Source: Octopus bimaculoides
Taxonomy: Eukaryota
DNA length: 37,898 bases
Direction: 5' to 3'
Assembly: GCF_001194135.2 (NCBI RefSeq)
Contig: NC_068981.1
Location: 169,780,113-169,818,010 of the forward strand
Position numbers and translations under genes: made by a program. The notes beneath the pieces were generated by a model that was given only the letters and a program-made list of their open reading frames with translations, was not told the DNA's origin and made no database searches. This document shows positions 23,491 through 35,306 of this stretch, piece by piece (the stretch's first letter is position 1; the number at the start of each line of letters is the position of its first letter).

Positions 23491-24287
23491 NNNNNNNNNN
23501 NNNNNNNNNNNNNNNNNNNNNNNNNNNNNNNNNNNNNNNNNNNNNNNNNNNNNNNNNNNNNNNNNNNNNNNNNNNNNNNNNNNNNNNNNNNNNNNNNNNN
23601 NNNNNNNNNNNNNNNNNNNNNNNNNNNNNNNNNNNNNNNNNNNNNNNNNNNNNNNNNNNNNNNNNNNNNNNNNNNNNNNNNNNNNNNNNNNNNNNNNNNN
23701 NNNNNNNNNNNNNNNNNACACACACGCACATGCATACACCCATCCACAGAAAAACACACACTCACACATATATTTATACAAATACTCTTTCTCCCTACCT
23801 CAAACGCACATAAGATCGAATACAAGACTATATTTTTATAAAGGAAATATCTAAATAACACAATCATAATTGTAAAAATACAGAAATTAAGAAGAAAAAT
23901 AAAATGAATTTTAGAGATATTGAAAGCCAGATTGATAAGAAATCTGATGTTCGGTTATGTAAGAGATACAAGTAATATGTAAGTTGGTGATGTTAGTTTT
24001 AATCCAGAAACTTCTAATTTATTAGATTCAGAGACAGGTCTTATCAAAAAATCAAAATAATGAAGATTTTAGCTTCAACTATTTAAGCACGAAACACAAA
24101 AATAATTTTATGGAATGTATTATGATGTCTGATGAAATGTATAAATTGTGGCTCTTGTATACAGATTCTATAAATGGAAATATATATTTATGATTTTCAG
24201 ATAAATCTTGGTAAAGAAGTACAAACATTCACACATAAATGTACAAGCATATATGTCTGTCTGTATGTATAAGAGAGAGAGAGAATG

Positions 24288-24318
<31 letters not shown>

Positions 24319-24432
24319 NNNNNNNNNNNNNNNNNNNNNNNNNNNNNNNNNNNNNNNNNNNNNNNNNNNNNNNNNNNNNNNNNNNNNNNNNNNNNNNNNN
24401 NNNNNNNNNNNNNNNNNNNNNNNNNNNNNNNN

Positions 24433-24467
<35 letters not shown>

Positions 24468-24523
24468 TACTGAACCTTGGGAGGGGGCATTATGTATATA
24501 TATGCACACACATATACATATGC

Positions 24524-24780
24524 TTTTATTCTTTTACTGTTTTACTTGTTTTAGTTATTTGACTGTGGTCATGCTGGAGCAACGCCTTTACTCGAACCTA
24601 GTACTCATTCTGTCAGACTCTTTTGTTGAACCGCTAATTTACGGAGACATAGACATATATACAAATATATACATATCCACTCACAAGGCTTTCGTCGGCC
24701 CGAGGCGATAGTAGAAGACACTGAACTCGGTACCATGTGGTTGGGATGGAAGCTTCTCACCACACACCCACGCCTACGCC
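24524..24780 (-). mobile_element. tRNA-derived SINE (CORE/OR-like) with internal deletions
   Basis: Minus-strand head GGCGTAGGCGTGGGTGTGTGGTGAGAAGCTTCCATCCCAACCACATGGTACCGAGTTCAGT|GTCTTCTACTATCGCCTCGGGCCGACGAAAGCCTTGTGAGTGG, then a short microsatellite linker, then a tail homologous to 3180-3392 ending in an A-rich ...GTAAAAGAATAAAA. Confidence 0.85.
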
Positions 24781-25664
24781 TATGTATGTATGTAGATAAT
24801 TAGTTTCTGTTATTTGTGCTTAAATATTATACCATTCCTTGAATAAAACATGCTTGATGAAGACTGACTAGCACTCAGGTGCAAAATATAAGTTACGTTA
24901 CGCTAGGATGGTGATGATATCTCTACATCTTATGGGTAACCATTTCACTTGACTTCTTATGATACGTTTCTAATACCTTGAAGAAAATTTTGAACATCGC
25001 ATCTTTACTTTTACTTCCTCATCATTTACCACTTACTACTTCTTCGCTGCTTCCCTTACTCCTACTTCCAAAATATAGTGTTTCATGTTTAGTCTAAGTG
25101 GGTCACAATTACGTGCGTCAATCTATTGCTAATATTACTTTTAGTAGAGGATTTTAGTGAGATTTGCTTCATACATTAATTTATCCTATTTGCATTCCGC
25201 GGAAGGCAATTATCAGTTGTTGTCAAATCCTCCCTGTCAATATATTTATGAATATATTATTATTGTGAATAAAGCTTTATGATTTTGTAATATTTCAGAA
25301 AATGAGTGAAATCTATTTTGAAATCTGACGAAAAATAACACCACTGACTGATATGATAGTTTCTATGATGCGATCATTACACTTGAATATTGCTTCTATT
25401 TATGCAACCTGATGGCATTTGATAACATTTAGAAAACAAAAACAAAATCATCTTTTATTGGAAGATTAGCCATTTTTTTTTATATATTTTTTTTTGTGTA
25501 TCACACTATATGAAAACCTATTACTACTATGTATCTGTTTATGCATATGCGTATGTGAGCTGATATATATATATGTGTTTGTGCGTTTGTATGCATACAT
25601 ACACATATATATATACACACTTTTAGCGGTGAGTCATCAATGAAACTATAGAACTCAGTTAGTA

Positions 25665-25885
25665 AGGAGCAATTTAGTAGAACTTGACCAAAAGAAACTT
25701 GTGATATTTCGTTTTGTTCTTTTACGTTTTGAGTTCGAATCGGGGGGGGGGGGCTCAATTACGAATTCCATTCTTGAGAGTGATCGATAAAATAAGTACC
25801 AGTTAAGTGCTAGAGCCGATAAAATTGACTGTGACCTTTTCGCGAAAGTGGTGGCATTGTGTCTGTGATAGAAATCAATAATTAT
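25665..25885 (+). mobile_element. Old degenerate copy of the 11902-type SINE
   Basis: TTTACGTTTTGAGTTCGAAT (B-box region), TCGATAAAATAAGTACCAGTT and tail GGCATTGTGTCT..ATAGAAA align to 11965-12105. A G12 run at 25742-25753 replaces the post-B-box segment. Confidence 0.75.
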
Positions 25886-26348
25886 GCAAAGTATTGACGC
25901 CAGGCTGCTTACTTAGCAATTATATGATTGGATCAACTGTTATATAAAAAAAAAATGTTATGTTGCTAAAGTTTATTAAAAAATGAATTCTGTGGAATTG
26001 GTATATTGAATAAATAATTGTTATAACATTTAAAATCACTCAATGCTTTGGATTAGAGCGCTATCATCCATGTCTTGTATATATTGTTTTGGCTTTAAAA
26101 GTCCCAGCATTATCGAACAATTTCACAAACAGAACAACTAGGAAGTTACAAATAGACAAATATATAAATATGAAGACCAGCGGACCAAGGAGTTGGACCT
26201 TCTAGATACAACAGACATGTATCCTTTAAATCGTACCATACATACTCAGAGATATAATGATACATATGGATAACATAGTCACACCTAAACTGGGAATTGG
26301 ATATTCAGGGCTGGAACATTTCTTATTCTAAAGGATCGACCACTACCA

Positions 26349-26350
<2 letters not shown>

Positions 26351-26434
<84 letters not shown>
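26351..26434. repeat. Compound perfect triplet repeat (GCT)11(ACT)17
   Basis: Direct reading. Confidence 0.98.
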
Positions 26435-26436
<2 letters not shown>

Positions 26437-27851
26437 ATATCTAGGGACCTTAGTCCTCAAGTCATTAATTTATCTGTTTCTGTTAGCGCAGCACTACGTC
26501 AGCCGGTGTAGGTAACACTTTTCATTTCGTATTTCGTATTTCATCATTCCCATCTACTTCACGTTATGCTCTAATTGTGAGAACATTACTAACATGTCTA
26601 AAAGATTGCATGAATATATTAAAATTGTATCTGTTACGTGAAAGCAATTCTAAACATGGATCTGTAAGGTAACGTGTAGTATCAGAATTGAATTATCACA
26701 TCAGGTTGTTGTCACGCCACGCGACACGTCACTTATAATTACTACATGACTACATGACTTCATATTCATCCGGGTCTTGTATATTTATAAGGCACAGGAG
26801 AAATTACATTTGCATTTGCCAATCTCATCTGACGTCCGAACAATGCATGAACGTGAGCGAGCCTAATTGTTTTCGATTCATATCTCATCAAATTTGAAAA
26901 AAAAAAAAAAAGAAAAAAAAGAAATACTATTACAAGAAAAAAAAATGAACGAAAACTATATGGCTATGGCTTGAATGCCTTTGATTATAGGTTTGCTTGA
27001 TCATGGCTGACCCGCAGCTGAACTCTGAGAACCGAATAATCTTTTGTTTAAAGCAATTGTGGGAAAAGGTTTTTTTTTCTTTTTGTTTGACGGTAAACGT
27101 TAACCGAAGTTAAGAAAATCAAGTTAGCAAAATAGTGATGCTAGAAACAGGAATTAATATGTAGTGTTGCGTTGAACATAAAGAAAGAGGTAGCGAGTAA
27201 CATAATAAACACAGAGAGAAAAGATAGAGAGAAGGTAAGCGGCTGTCATCTAGTGATGTGTGGTAAAATCCCCTAACTTAATAACACCTATCATATCCTT
27301 TATCCTTGAGCAACGCACATAACTCTTCTGATCCATGTATTTATTATGTGAACATTTGCTATCACCCTTCCTAGACGAGAATGTGAGAGAGGTGAGTAAG
27401 AAAAAGAGAGAATGGGAGGAGAAAAATCAGACGTTGATATATTTTCCTGCTACAAATTATGACGTTAAGCAATTTTTTCAAGCAGTCATATAGACTAGGA
27501 TGGAATAGGATTTAGCTTTAGGAATTCTACATCAGCTATAGAACTCCTTAAATACTGAGGTTTATTTTCCAGGGAATGAAACAAAGTATCTAATTGTGTT
27601 TATACACATGGTTTGTATTTTACTTCTTGGATTATTCAATGTGAATTATGAAATATTCATGGAGCTTAAAGAATTAACAATCCATCCATAAAATATTGAA
27701 AACTAAAAAACAATATTTCAGATATATACAGGCGCACATACGCGTACACACAGAAGTACGTATACTTGCATAAATATATGCAATCTCACACACATCTACA
27801 CAAACATTTTTATCTAAGTTTATATATATATTTATATATATATATATATAT

Positions 27852-28075
27852 ATTTGAAGAAAAGCAAAAAAAAAAAAATCAATAGGTTATAGCAGTACGT
27901 ACGATTCGTACAAACTTCATTTATTCATGTAGTGAGAACACTACATAAAATGTGGAATGAAAATGTACTCGTCAGCTACATTTTATGTAGTGTTCTCACT
28001 ACATGAATAAATGAAGTTTGTACGAAACGTACGTACTGCTATAACCTATTGAATTTTTGTTGCTTTTCTTCAAAT
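27852..28075. repeat. Near-perfect long inverted repeat (arms about 100 bp, 24-nt spacer)
   Basis: 27879-27953 and the reverse complement of 27978-28052 match at 74/75. Arms extend through a variable A/T run to ATTTGAAGAAAAGCAA...TTGCTTTTCTTCAAAT. Spacer 27954-27977. Confidence 0.98.
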
Positions 28076-29610
28076 TTTATTTACCAAATCTCTTGATTTT
28101 GTTTTTGGTTTTTACCCTACCAAATTCTGGTGCCTCAAACATTTTAAGTACCACATTTAATCTTTTGAGTAAATCTATATTATATATATACATATATATA
28201 TATATGTATGCGTGTGTGTATGTGTGTGTGTGTGTATGTATGTGTGTGTATGTGTGCGTGTAATGCATATATATAACAATGTGTTTGTGCGTGAGTATTT
28301 GCCCGTAAGTGTATACATACGTATGCGTGTGTGTGTGTGTATGTCTGCGTGTAAAATGCTGAGATGAGTCGAACACACGGCGTTGGGTTTTAATCGAAGA
28401 CGTTCTCTCTAATTACATTGAATTATCCTGAGAAGCCGATCTATGTTCCTCAGAATATTGGTATATATATATATATATATATATNNNNNNNNNNNNNNNN
28501 NNNNNNNNNNNNNNNNNNNNNNNNNNNNNNNNNNNNNNNNNNNNNNNNNNNNNNNNNNNNNNNNNNNNNNNNNNNNNNNNNNNNNNNNNNNNNNNNNNNN
28601 NNNNNNNNNNNNNNNNNNNNNNNNNNNNNNNNNNNNNNNNNNNNNNNNNNNNNNNNNNNNNNNNNNNNNNNNNNNNNNNNNNNNNNNNNNNNNNNNNNNN
28701 NNNNNNNNNNNNNNNNNNNNNNNNNNNNNNNNNNNNNNNNNNNNNNNNNNNNNNNNNNNNNNNNNNNNNNNNNNNNNNNNNNNNNNNNNNNNNNNNNNNN
28801 NNNNNNNNNNNNNNNNNNNNNNNNNNNNNNNNNNNNNNNNNNNNNNNNNNNNNNNNNNNNNNNNNNNNNNNNNNNNNNNNNNNNNNNNNNNNNNNNNNNN
28901 NNNNNNNNNNNNNNNNNNNNNNNNNNNNNNNNNNNNNNNNNNNNNNNNNNNNNNNNNNNNNNNNNNNNNNNNNNNNNNNNNNNNNNNNNNNNNNNNNNNN
29001 NNNNNNNNNNNNNNNNNNNNNNNNNNNNNNNNNNNNNNNNNNNNNNNNNNNNNNNNNNNNNNNNNNNNNNNNNNNNNNNNNNNNNNNNNNNNNNNNNNNN
29101 NNNNNNNNNNNNNNNNNNNNNNNNNNNNNNNNNNNNNNNNNNNNNNNNNNNNNNNNNNNNNNNNNNNNNNNNNNNNNNNNNNNNNNNNNNNNNNNNNNNN
29201 NNNNNNNNNNNNNNNNNNNNNNNNNNNNNNNNNNNNNNNNNNNNNNNNNNNNNNNNNNNNNNNNNNNNNNNNNNNNNNNNNNNNNNNNNNNNNNNNNNNN
29301 NNNNNNNNNNNNNNNNNNNNNNNNNNNNNNNNNNNNNNNNNNNNNNNNNNNNNNNNNNNNTGCATATATACATACGTATAGTATATACGCATATGTGGGC
29401 ACAAGACGTCACAAAGCGTAAACAACAGAAAATACGAAGTACGAGGACATGGAATAGGAACTGTTTTTGCAAGCAACGAAAGAAGCAAATAGAAAACAAG
29501 GCAAACAACACAAAAAGCGATCCTTCATCAGTTTTCGGCTGTTTTTCTAATCCATACTTCGAGCATTTCACCACAAGATACGCCTTCGATAAAACACTTG
29601 CTCTTGCTTA

Positions 29611-29644
29611 TTTGCTGGCCTTGTGCCAAAATTTGAAACCAATA
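29611..29644 (+). mobile_element. Isolated SINE 3' tail fragment
   Basis: TTTGCTGGCCTTGTGCCAAAATTTGAAACCAATA resembles the tails at 12078-12107 and 25850-25880. Confidence 0.55.
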
Positions 29645-29946
29645 TATATCTTACGATCATAAGGTAATTCATTTCAATCCGGGTCGGAACGGCACAGTCT
29701 CAGCATAGTTTCAGCTGATTACTTATTGACCCTTAATTCCCGAAAAACGTTATGCAAGCAACCAGGCCATGCACAGTTGCGAATAGTAGCTAGGAAAGCA
29801 AAGTGTCCCGAAATTAAGGCAAGCATAGTTTCAGGCTTTAATAACTATAGATAAATGTGATAATATATGAAAATTATACATCATTATAAAAGCTTAGTGT
29901 GTCTTTTGGTTTCAGACTAAATAAATTCAGATTTATAAATTAGATA

Positions 29947-30720
29947 ATGGCTGTAGACAGAAATACAATCAAAACGCTCCACAGAGGAGGTGAAAGTAAT
30001 ACAATTATAGCAAAAGAGTTAAATGTCAACCGAAAAACAGTTTGGAAAATTGTCAAGAAATTTTCAGAGACTGGTTCCACCATTGATCAACATGGACGTG
30101 ACCGAGAAAGAAGTGTGAGGACCCCTCAGCTTATCAAAAGCACAACAGAAAAGATACGGCGAAATCCTCATCGTTCCTTAAGAAAAGTGGCTGCCACCAT
30201 AAAAATAAGACGAGCATCGATGTATCGATTGCTGAAGGAGGATCTCAGAACCTATCCGTACAAGATGATTCACCACAAGGAGCTCACACAAGTTTATAAA
30301 GCCTTGAGACTGAAGAGAGGTTTTATTATCTTCTTTCAAGTTGCTGAAAGCACGCTGTCCAACCTGGTGTTCACTGATGAACAGTAAAGACTTCGGAGTA
30401 TATCTGGCTTGACGTCAGTTCTGGTTTGATTGGCTATGACAGCCAATGGAAAGTCTCCTCTCGTTTTTGTGCTTTCGGGTGACGAAATTAACAGGCAGCG
30501 ATACATTAGTGACGTTCTGGCAGCTGAACTGCTTCCTTGGCTGAATGAGCACTGTCAAGGCGTAACTTGGAGCCTCTAGCAGGGCCACCACACCAGCCCA
30601 CAGTCCCAAACAGAAACAACACTGGATTCAGAAAAAATATTCCGCCTTAAGGATATATGGCTCTCAAGAAGTCCCGATCTCAACCCGTTGGATTTTTCTG
30701 TGTGGTCCATTTTGGAGACG
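29947..30720 (+). mobile_element. Decayed Tc1/mariner transposase, probably maT/DD37D-like
   Basis: HTH domain MAVDRNTIKTLHRGGESNTIIAKELNVNRKTVWKIVKKF...RNPHRSLRK, first D in LVFTDE (stop at 30385), SVLV*...GKSPLVFV, *QG (second D appears mutated, 30583) and WLSRSPDLNPLDFSVWSILE (third D at 30691). Several stops and frameshifts. The segment between FTDE and SVLVW is shortened, and the C-terminus gives way to a microsatellite at 30721. TIRs not identified. Confidence 0.88.
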
Positions 30721-30726
30721 TGGATG

Positions 30727-30751
30727 TGTATAGATATATATGTGTGTACAA

Positions 30752-30829
<78 letters not shown>

Positions 30830-30915
30830 CTGTGCATTTATGTATATATGTATATACACACACACATATGTGTGTGTGTGTGTGTGTGTGTGAGAGTGTG
30901 TGTGTATATATATAT
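30727..30915. repeat. Compound (TA)n/(TG)n/(CA)n tract with a pure (TA)n core at 30753-30816
   Basis: Direct reading. Confidence 0.97.
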
Positions 30916-31260
30916 AGTCGCTATATTCCATTCCATATCGAGTAACTCTGAGGAGCGTAAGGTTATGTAATCAGATTATTACCTAACACTCTATTGTACT
31001 TCTAGCGCGAAACCGATTGGTAGGTTCAACCTTGATAGGTATGTAATACTGTACATTTCGGATGATACATATACATATGTATGTATATACACGTACATAC
31101 ATACAGAGACATGCTCACACACACACACACATGCATGCACGTACACACACATGCACACACACATGCATACACATATACATGCACAGTCGCGCGCGCACAC
31201 ACACACTCACACACACACATACACGCACACACACACACATACGCACGCACACACACACAC

Positions 31261-31318
31261 ACATGCATAGATACACATGCATAGACACACATGCATAGAC
31301 ACACATGCATAGACACAC
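31261..31318 (+). repeat. 14-bp minisatellite ACATGCATAGA(C/T)AC, 4 copies
   Basis: Direct reading; lies at the end of a (CA)n-rich tract from which it probably derives. Confidence 0.95.
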
Positions 31319-31459
31319 GTCTAAAAGTCGAGATTTCAGCCCGTTCCACAAGAGTAGTTTTATTAAAAGAAATGGCTTCGTTTCAAATAGAGCAAATTTG
31401 TACAGAAACTACCACATCCACTCTTTCTAATTGTGCTAACTGATGCGGTGACTTCGCGT

Positions 31460-31733
31460 GTCACGTGTTTGACAGATAATAATTAATGTGTAAAGGGGAA
31501 ACTAGGGATGCAAAGCTCAAATACACCGATGCTAATCGCGCTTCTTGCTGCTTTCCGTGTCATATATGAACTTTCCTTGTCAAGGTTCGTCTAATAGTAA
31601 CAATTATATGTGTAAGTAGATAACTGCCACTACTAAGAAAACACAAAATAACATATTTTACTGCGATAAGTCATGTTAAACCACCTGGCTAATTGATAAC
31701 TTCATTAGGTTTACTTCTATTCAGTCACGTGAC
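31460..31733. promoter_or_regulatory. Possible E-box pair (GTCACGTG at 31460; palindromic GTCACGTGAC at 31724)
   Basis: Motifs read directly in a mildly CpG-enriched patch. GTCACGTGAC is the USF/TFEB (CLEAR) consensus; function not shown. Confidence 0.2.
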
Positions 31734-31977
31734 GCAATATCCTTTGAGGATCTCCATTGTGAATTTTTCTAAGATATTACATGTCTGTCCTACAAGGTCA
31801 TTGACCCTATGCTCGACTCACATGTTGAGAGTTGGCCTCCTTTGGAATATAGCAAGCCTCGCTCCGCTTCCAGTCAGACCATATAATAGCGGTGGCTTAT
31901 ATACCAATGACACGGCCATGTGTATGTATGTATGTATGTATGTATGTATGTCTGCATGTATGTATGTATGATAACAA

Positions 31978-32027
<50 letters not shown>

Positions 32028-32584
32028 ATGTTTCTATGTGTGAATGTAAATATGTATGTATGTATGTATATATGGTATTCTGCGGCCAAAAATAATTTGA
32101 CTATGATGAAATACATTAGCGAAGACAGAAAGAATGAATTTTTCTCACCGGTTTTAAGCTTTTCGTTGTTATAAGTATTAAAAGTAATATGATTTCAGTG
32201 TAGAGATTTTATCGAACAGCCAAGAGTTGTGTAATTCTATTCCCGTCATAACATAATGTATATTCCGTTAAGAATCCTTGGCGTCTGTCTATGGTTATTA
32301 TAGAGATTATGTTGTTGTTCTTGTTGATGTTTCTGTTGTTGCTGTAGGTGTTGGGGTTGATGTTGGTGCTGTTGTTGTTGTTTTCGGTGGTGTTGGCATT
32401 GGTGGTGGCGGCGGTGTTTACTTTAGGAAACACATTCACGTCGGAATATCAATATATATTTACTCCAGCTTTCATAAACATATATGTATGTAATCATACA
32501 CACACAGAGCAACGTGTATATATATACATTTATATATATATATATATATCTGTCAATGCATATATGCATGTATATGCTTATAAG

Positions 32585-32658
<74 letters not shown>

Positions 32659-33129
32659 CAGACATTATACATATGTATATATATATAATGAAGGATATAC
32701 ATATACATTCACGCTCACATAAGCAGTTAGCTATCTGTCTACTTCTCTATCTATCGATTTATCTATCAATATATATACACATACATATGTAGGGAGATAG
32801 ATAAGCAGATAGATACATAGATACATCAGTATATATGTGAGTGCATATAAGTATATCCTTAACTCTATGGTCAGGTATTTAGCCATATACTTTATACACA
32901 TTTAGAAATAGAATTGCTTTAGATTTTCACTTTTCCTCCCTCATATTTAACTGATATATCAATACAATTTACGCAAACAGTTGCACACCATCAGTCGGCC
33001 CACACACATGTACGCGCGCTTGTTTATATATATAAAAAAAGCGATGGGAATTAGGCAGTACAGAAATATTGGTGTGTGTTGATATATCTATTCCAAGAAT
33101 AGCATTGCAACCAAAACCCCAAGTACTGA

Positions 33130-33412
33130 CGAAGTGCAGTTTTGTTTGATCAAAAACATAATAGAACAGAGATCTCCACACCTCAGGCAACTGGGCAAGC
33201 GTCTTCTATGAAAGATTGAGGATGACAAACATTTTATTCATAATATATAAGAGAGAGTGACAGAGTATGTTTGTGTATGTATCGCTATGTTTGTGAATAC
33301 TTGTGCGTTGATAGCGGCTCGACAATTCAGTTGAAATAAGTACTGGGTTCTTATGTAGCTGTGACTCAGCTCGGCAGTAGCTCAATCGGTTGCAATGGTA
33401 AAAGAATAAAAA
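33130..33412 (+). mobile_element. Highly degenerate copy of the 24524-24780 SINE family
   Basis: CAACTGGGCAAGCGTCTTCTA (CORE-like; matches GTCTTCTA in the 24.7 kb copy), AATAAGTACTGGG module and GGTAAAAGAATAAAAA tail. Confidence 0.55.
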
Positions 33413-33601
33413 TGTATTTTATTTTAATGTCTGCATTCAATTGTTTTCATGATTTGCTTCACTTTCATTACTTTATAATGAATACATTGTGCTATAATAA
33501 ACCAGGAGAGATACTGTAATTTCATGTATTTAGACCTTTCGGGTACTGTGGCAAACTATTGCAAATATACATTCTTGCATTTTGGAAATATGAATGTGTG
33601 T

Positions 33602-33633
<32 letters not shown>

Positions 33634-34315
33634 NNNNNNNNNNGTGCATGTGTATATGTGTGTATGTATATATATAGATAAACCCACATATATATATGTA
33701 TATAAATATACACACATATATATATGCATATATATGTGTATGTGTGTGTGTATGTATGTGTGTATGTATGTATGTATGTATAAGCTTGATTTTATTACCG
33801 TTAATTATTTTAGTATAAAACCTAGAGAAGAATCCGCTTTTAAGAATACATTCTTCACATTTTCACATCTTATCCGCAGAGTGTGGCTGTTTTTTATGCT
33901 AAAGACAAACTTAAGATGACAGATCCTACGTGACATGATTTTTACAGCCCTTAAAATTAATGTGATCGACGCCTGCAGGTCTGCAAGTGAAAACGAAATC
34001 TGAAGATGAACATCAGGGCATCTTGGCTTTGTATAAGATCATATTATAAAGCTGCCGAGTGGGTTTACTCTTGTGACTTATTAAACACTAATGCCGTCGT
34101 TGCCTTCTCGGTGCGTCTTTACTGTCACTAAATATTATTCAAGTCTTTTTCAAAGATGTCCTCAGCATATGTTGTATTACATTTCTTCCCACATTGAATA
34201 TGTTGAGTACCAGTCTATCTCTCCTCTCTTCTTTGGTTTCTCTCTCTCTCTCTCTCTCACTCTCTCTCTCTCTCACTCTCTCCTTATTTGTATACACATG
34301 CACGCACACACACAC

Positions 34316-34347
<32 letters not shown>

Positions 34348-34431
34348 GAATATATATTTATATATAAATATATATCAGACACACACACACACACGCACAC
34401 ACACGCACACACACACACGCATATGAATATA

Positions 34432-34473
<42 letters not shown>

Positions 34474-35306
34474 CATACATACATACATGCATAATACATA
34501 AATACATGTATGTATGTGTGTGAAAGAGAGGAAGTATTTATATAACACACCATCATTCCAGCATATGTTCAACTGTTATTTATAACATAACCACTATTAA
34601 TCACCAGAAGAGGCGACTGATTACTTTTTCTGCTTGTTGATGATTCTGTAGTATTTGACTAACACAGTGGTGCCTATTTAAATAGCACTCACACTTTTAT
34701 TAAAATCATTAGTCCTAATATGAAATCATATCATACTAATAACAAAATATAATTTAAAACTTTCTATGTATTAATTTCTTTTTTTCTTTTTTTTTTACTC
34801 TTTAAGTAAACCGTGAGTTTCAAAGGAGCTGAACTTTTCTATATAATGTATGACAACTCTCGAATCCTCAGCGGAGTTCTTCAATGCTGATGGATTTCTA
34901 GACAAGCCAATCCACACATAAGGTGTGTCTTGGTAATTTTGAAGCTGGTGGAATATAAGCGACCTCTCCCTGTGAGTTATATTATAAATGGTACGAATAA
35001 AATGACAAAATTCTTAAATTTAGACACATCTCAATATCTAAATATATGTATGTAAGTATATATGCATGTATGTATGTATGTATGTATGTATGTGTTGTGT
35101 CGACGCCCCCAGGCGAAGAAGTAGGATTTCCCAAGACATATAAATAGAGGTAGTCTGGCCGTGGTAGGTGTGTTGAGTAGCAGTCGAATAGCAGTTGTGC
35201 AGCGGTTGAGTAGAGATCATCCGAAGGTGCTACATAGTAGTAGCTTAAGGCATTAGAGTATGTATGTATGTATGTATGTATGTATGCATGAATGTAAGTA
35301 TACACG

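Noticed and set aside
27375-27391. 17-nt microexon (CCCTTCCTAG|ACGAGAATGTGAGAGAG|GTGAGT)
   Set aside because: Splice sites look good, but such a short pairing arises readily by chance; needs RNA evidence.
32278-32493. Val/Gly-rich ORF and its Asn/Thr-rich antisense ORF
   Set aside because: Product of a degenerate (GTT/GGT)n triplet tract.
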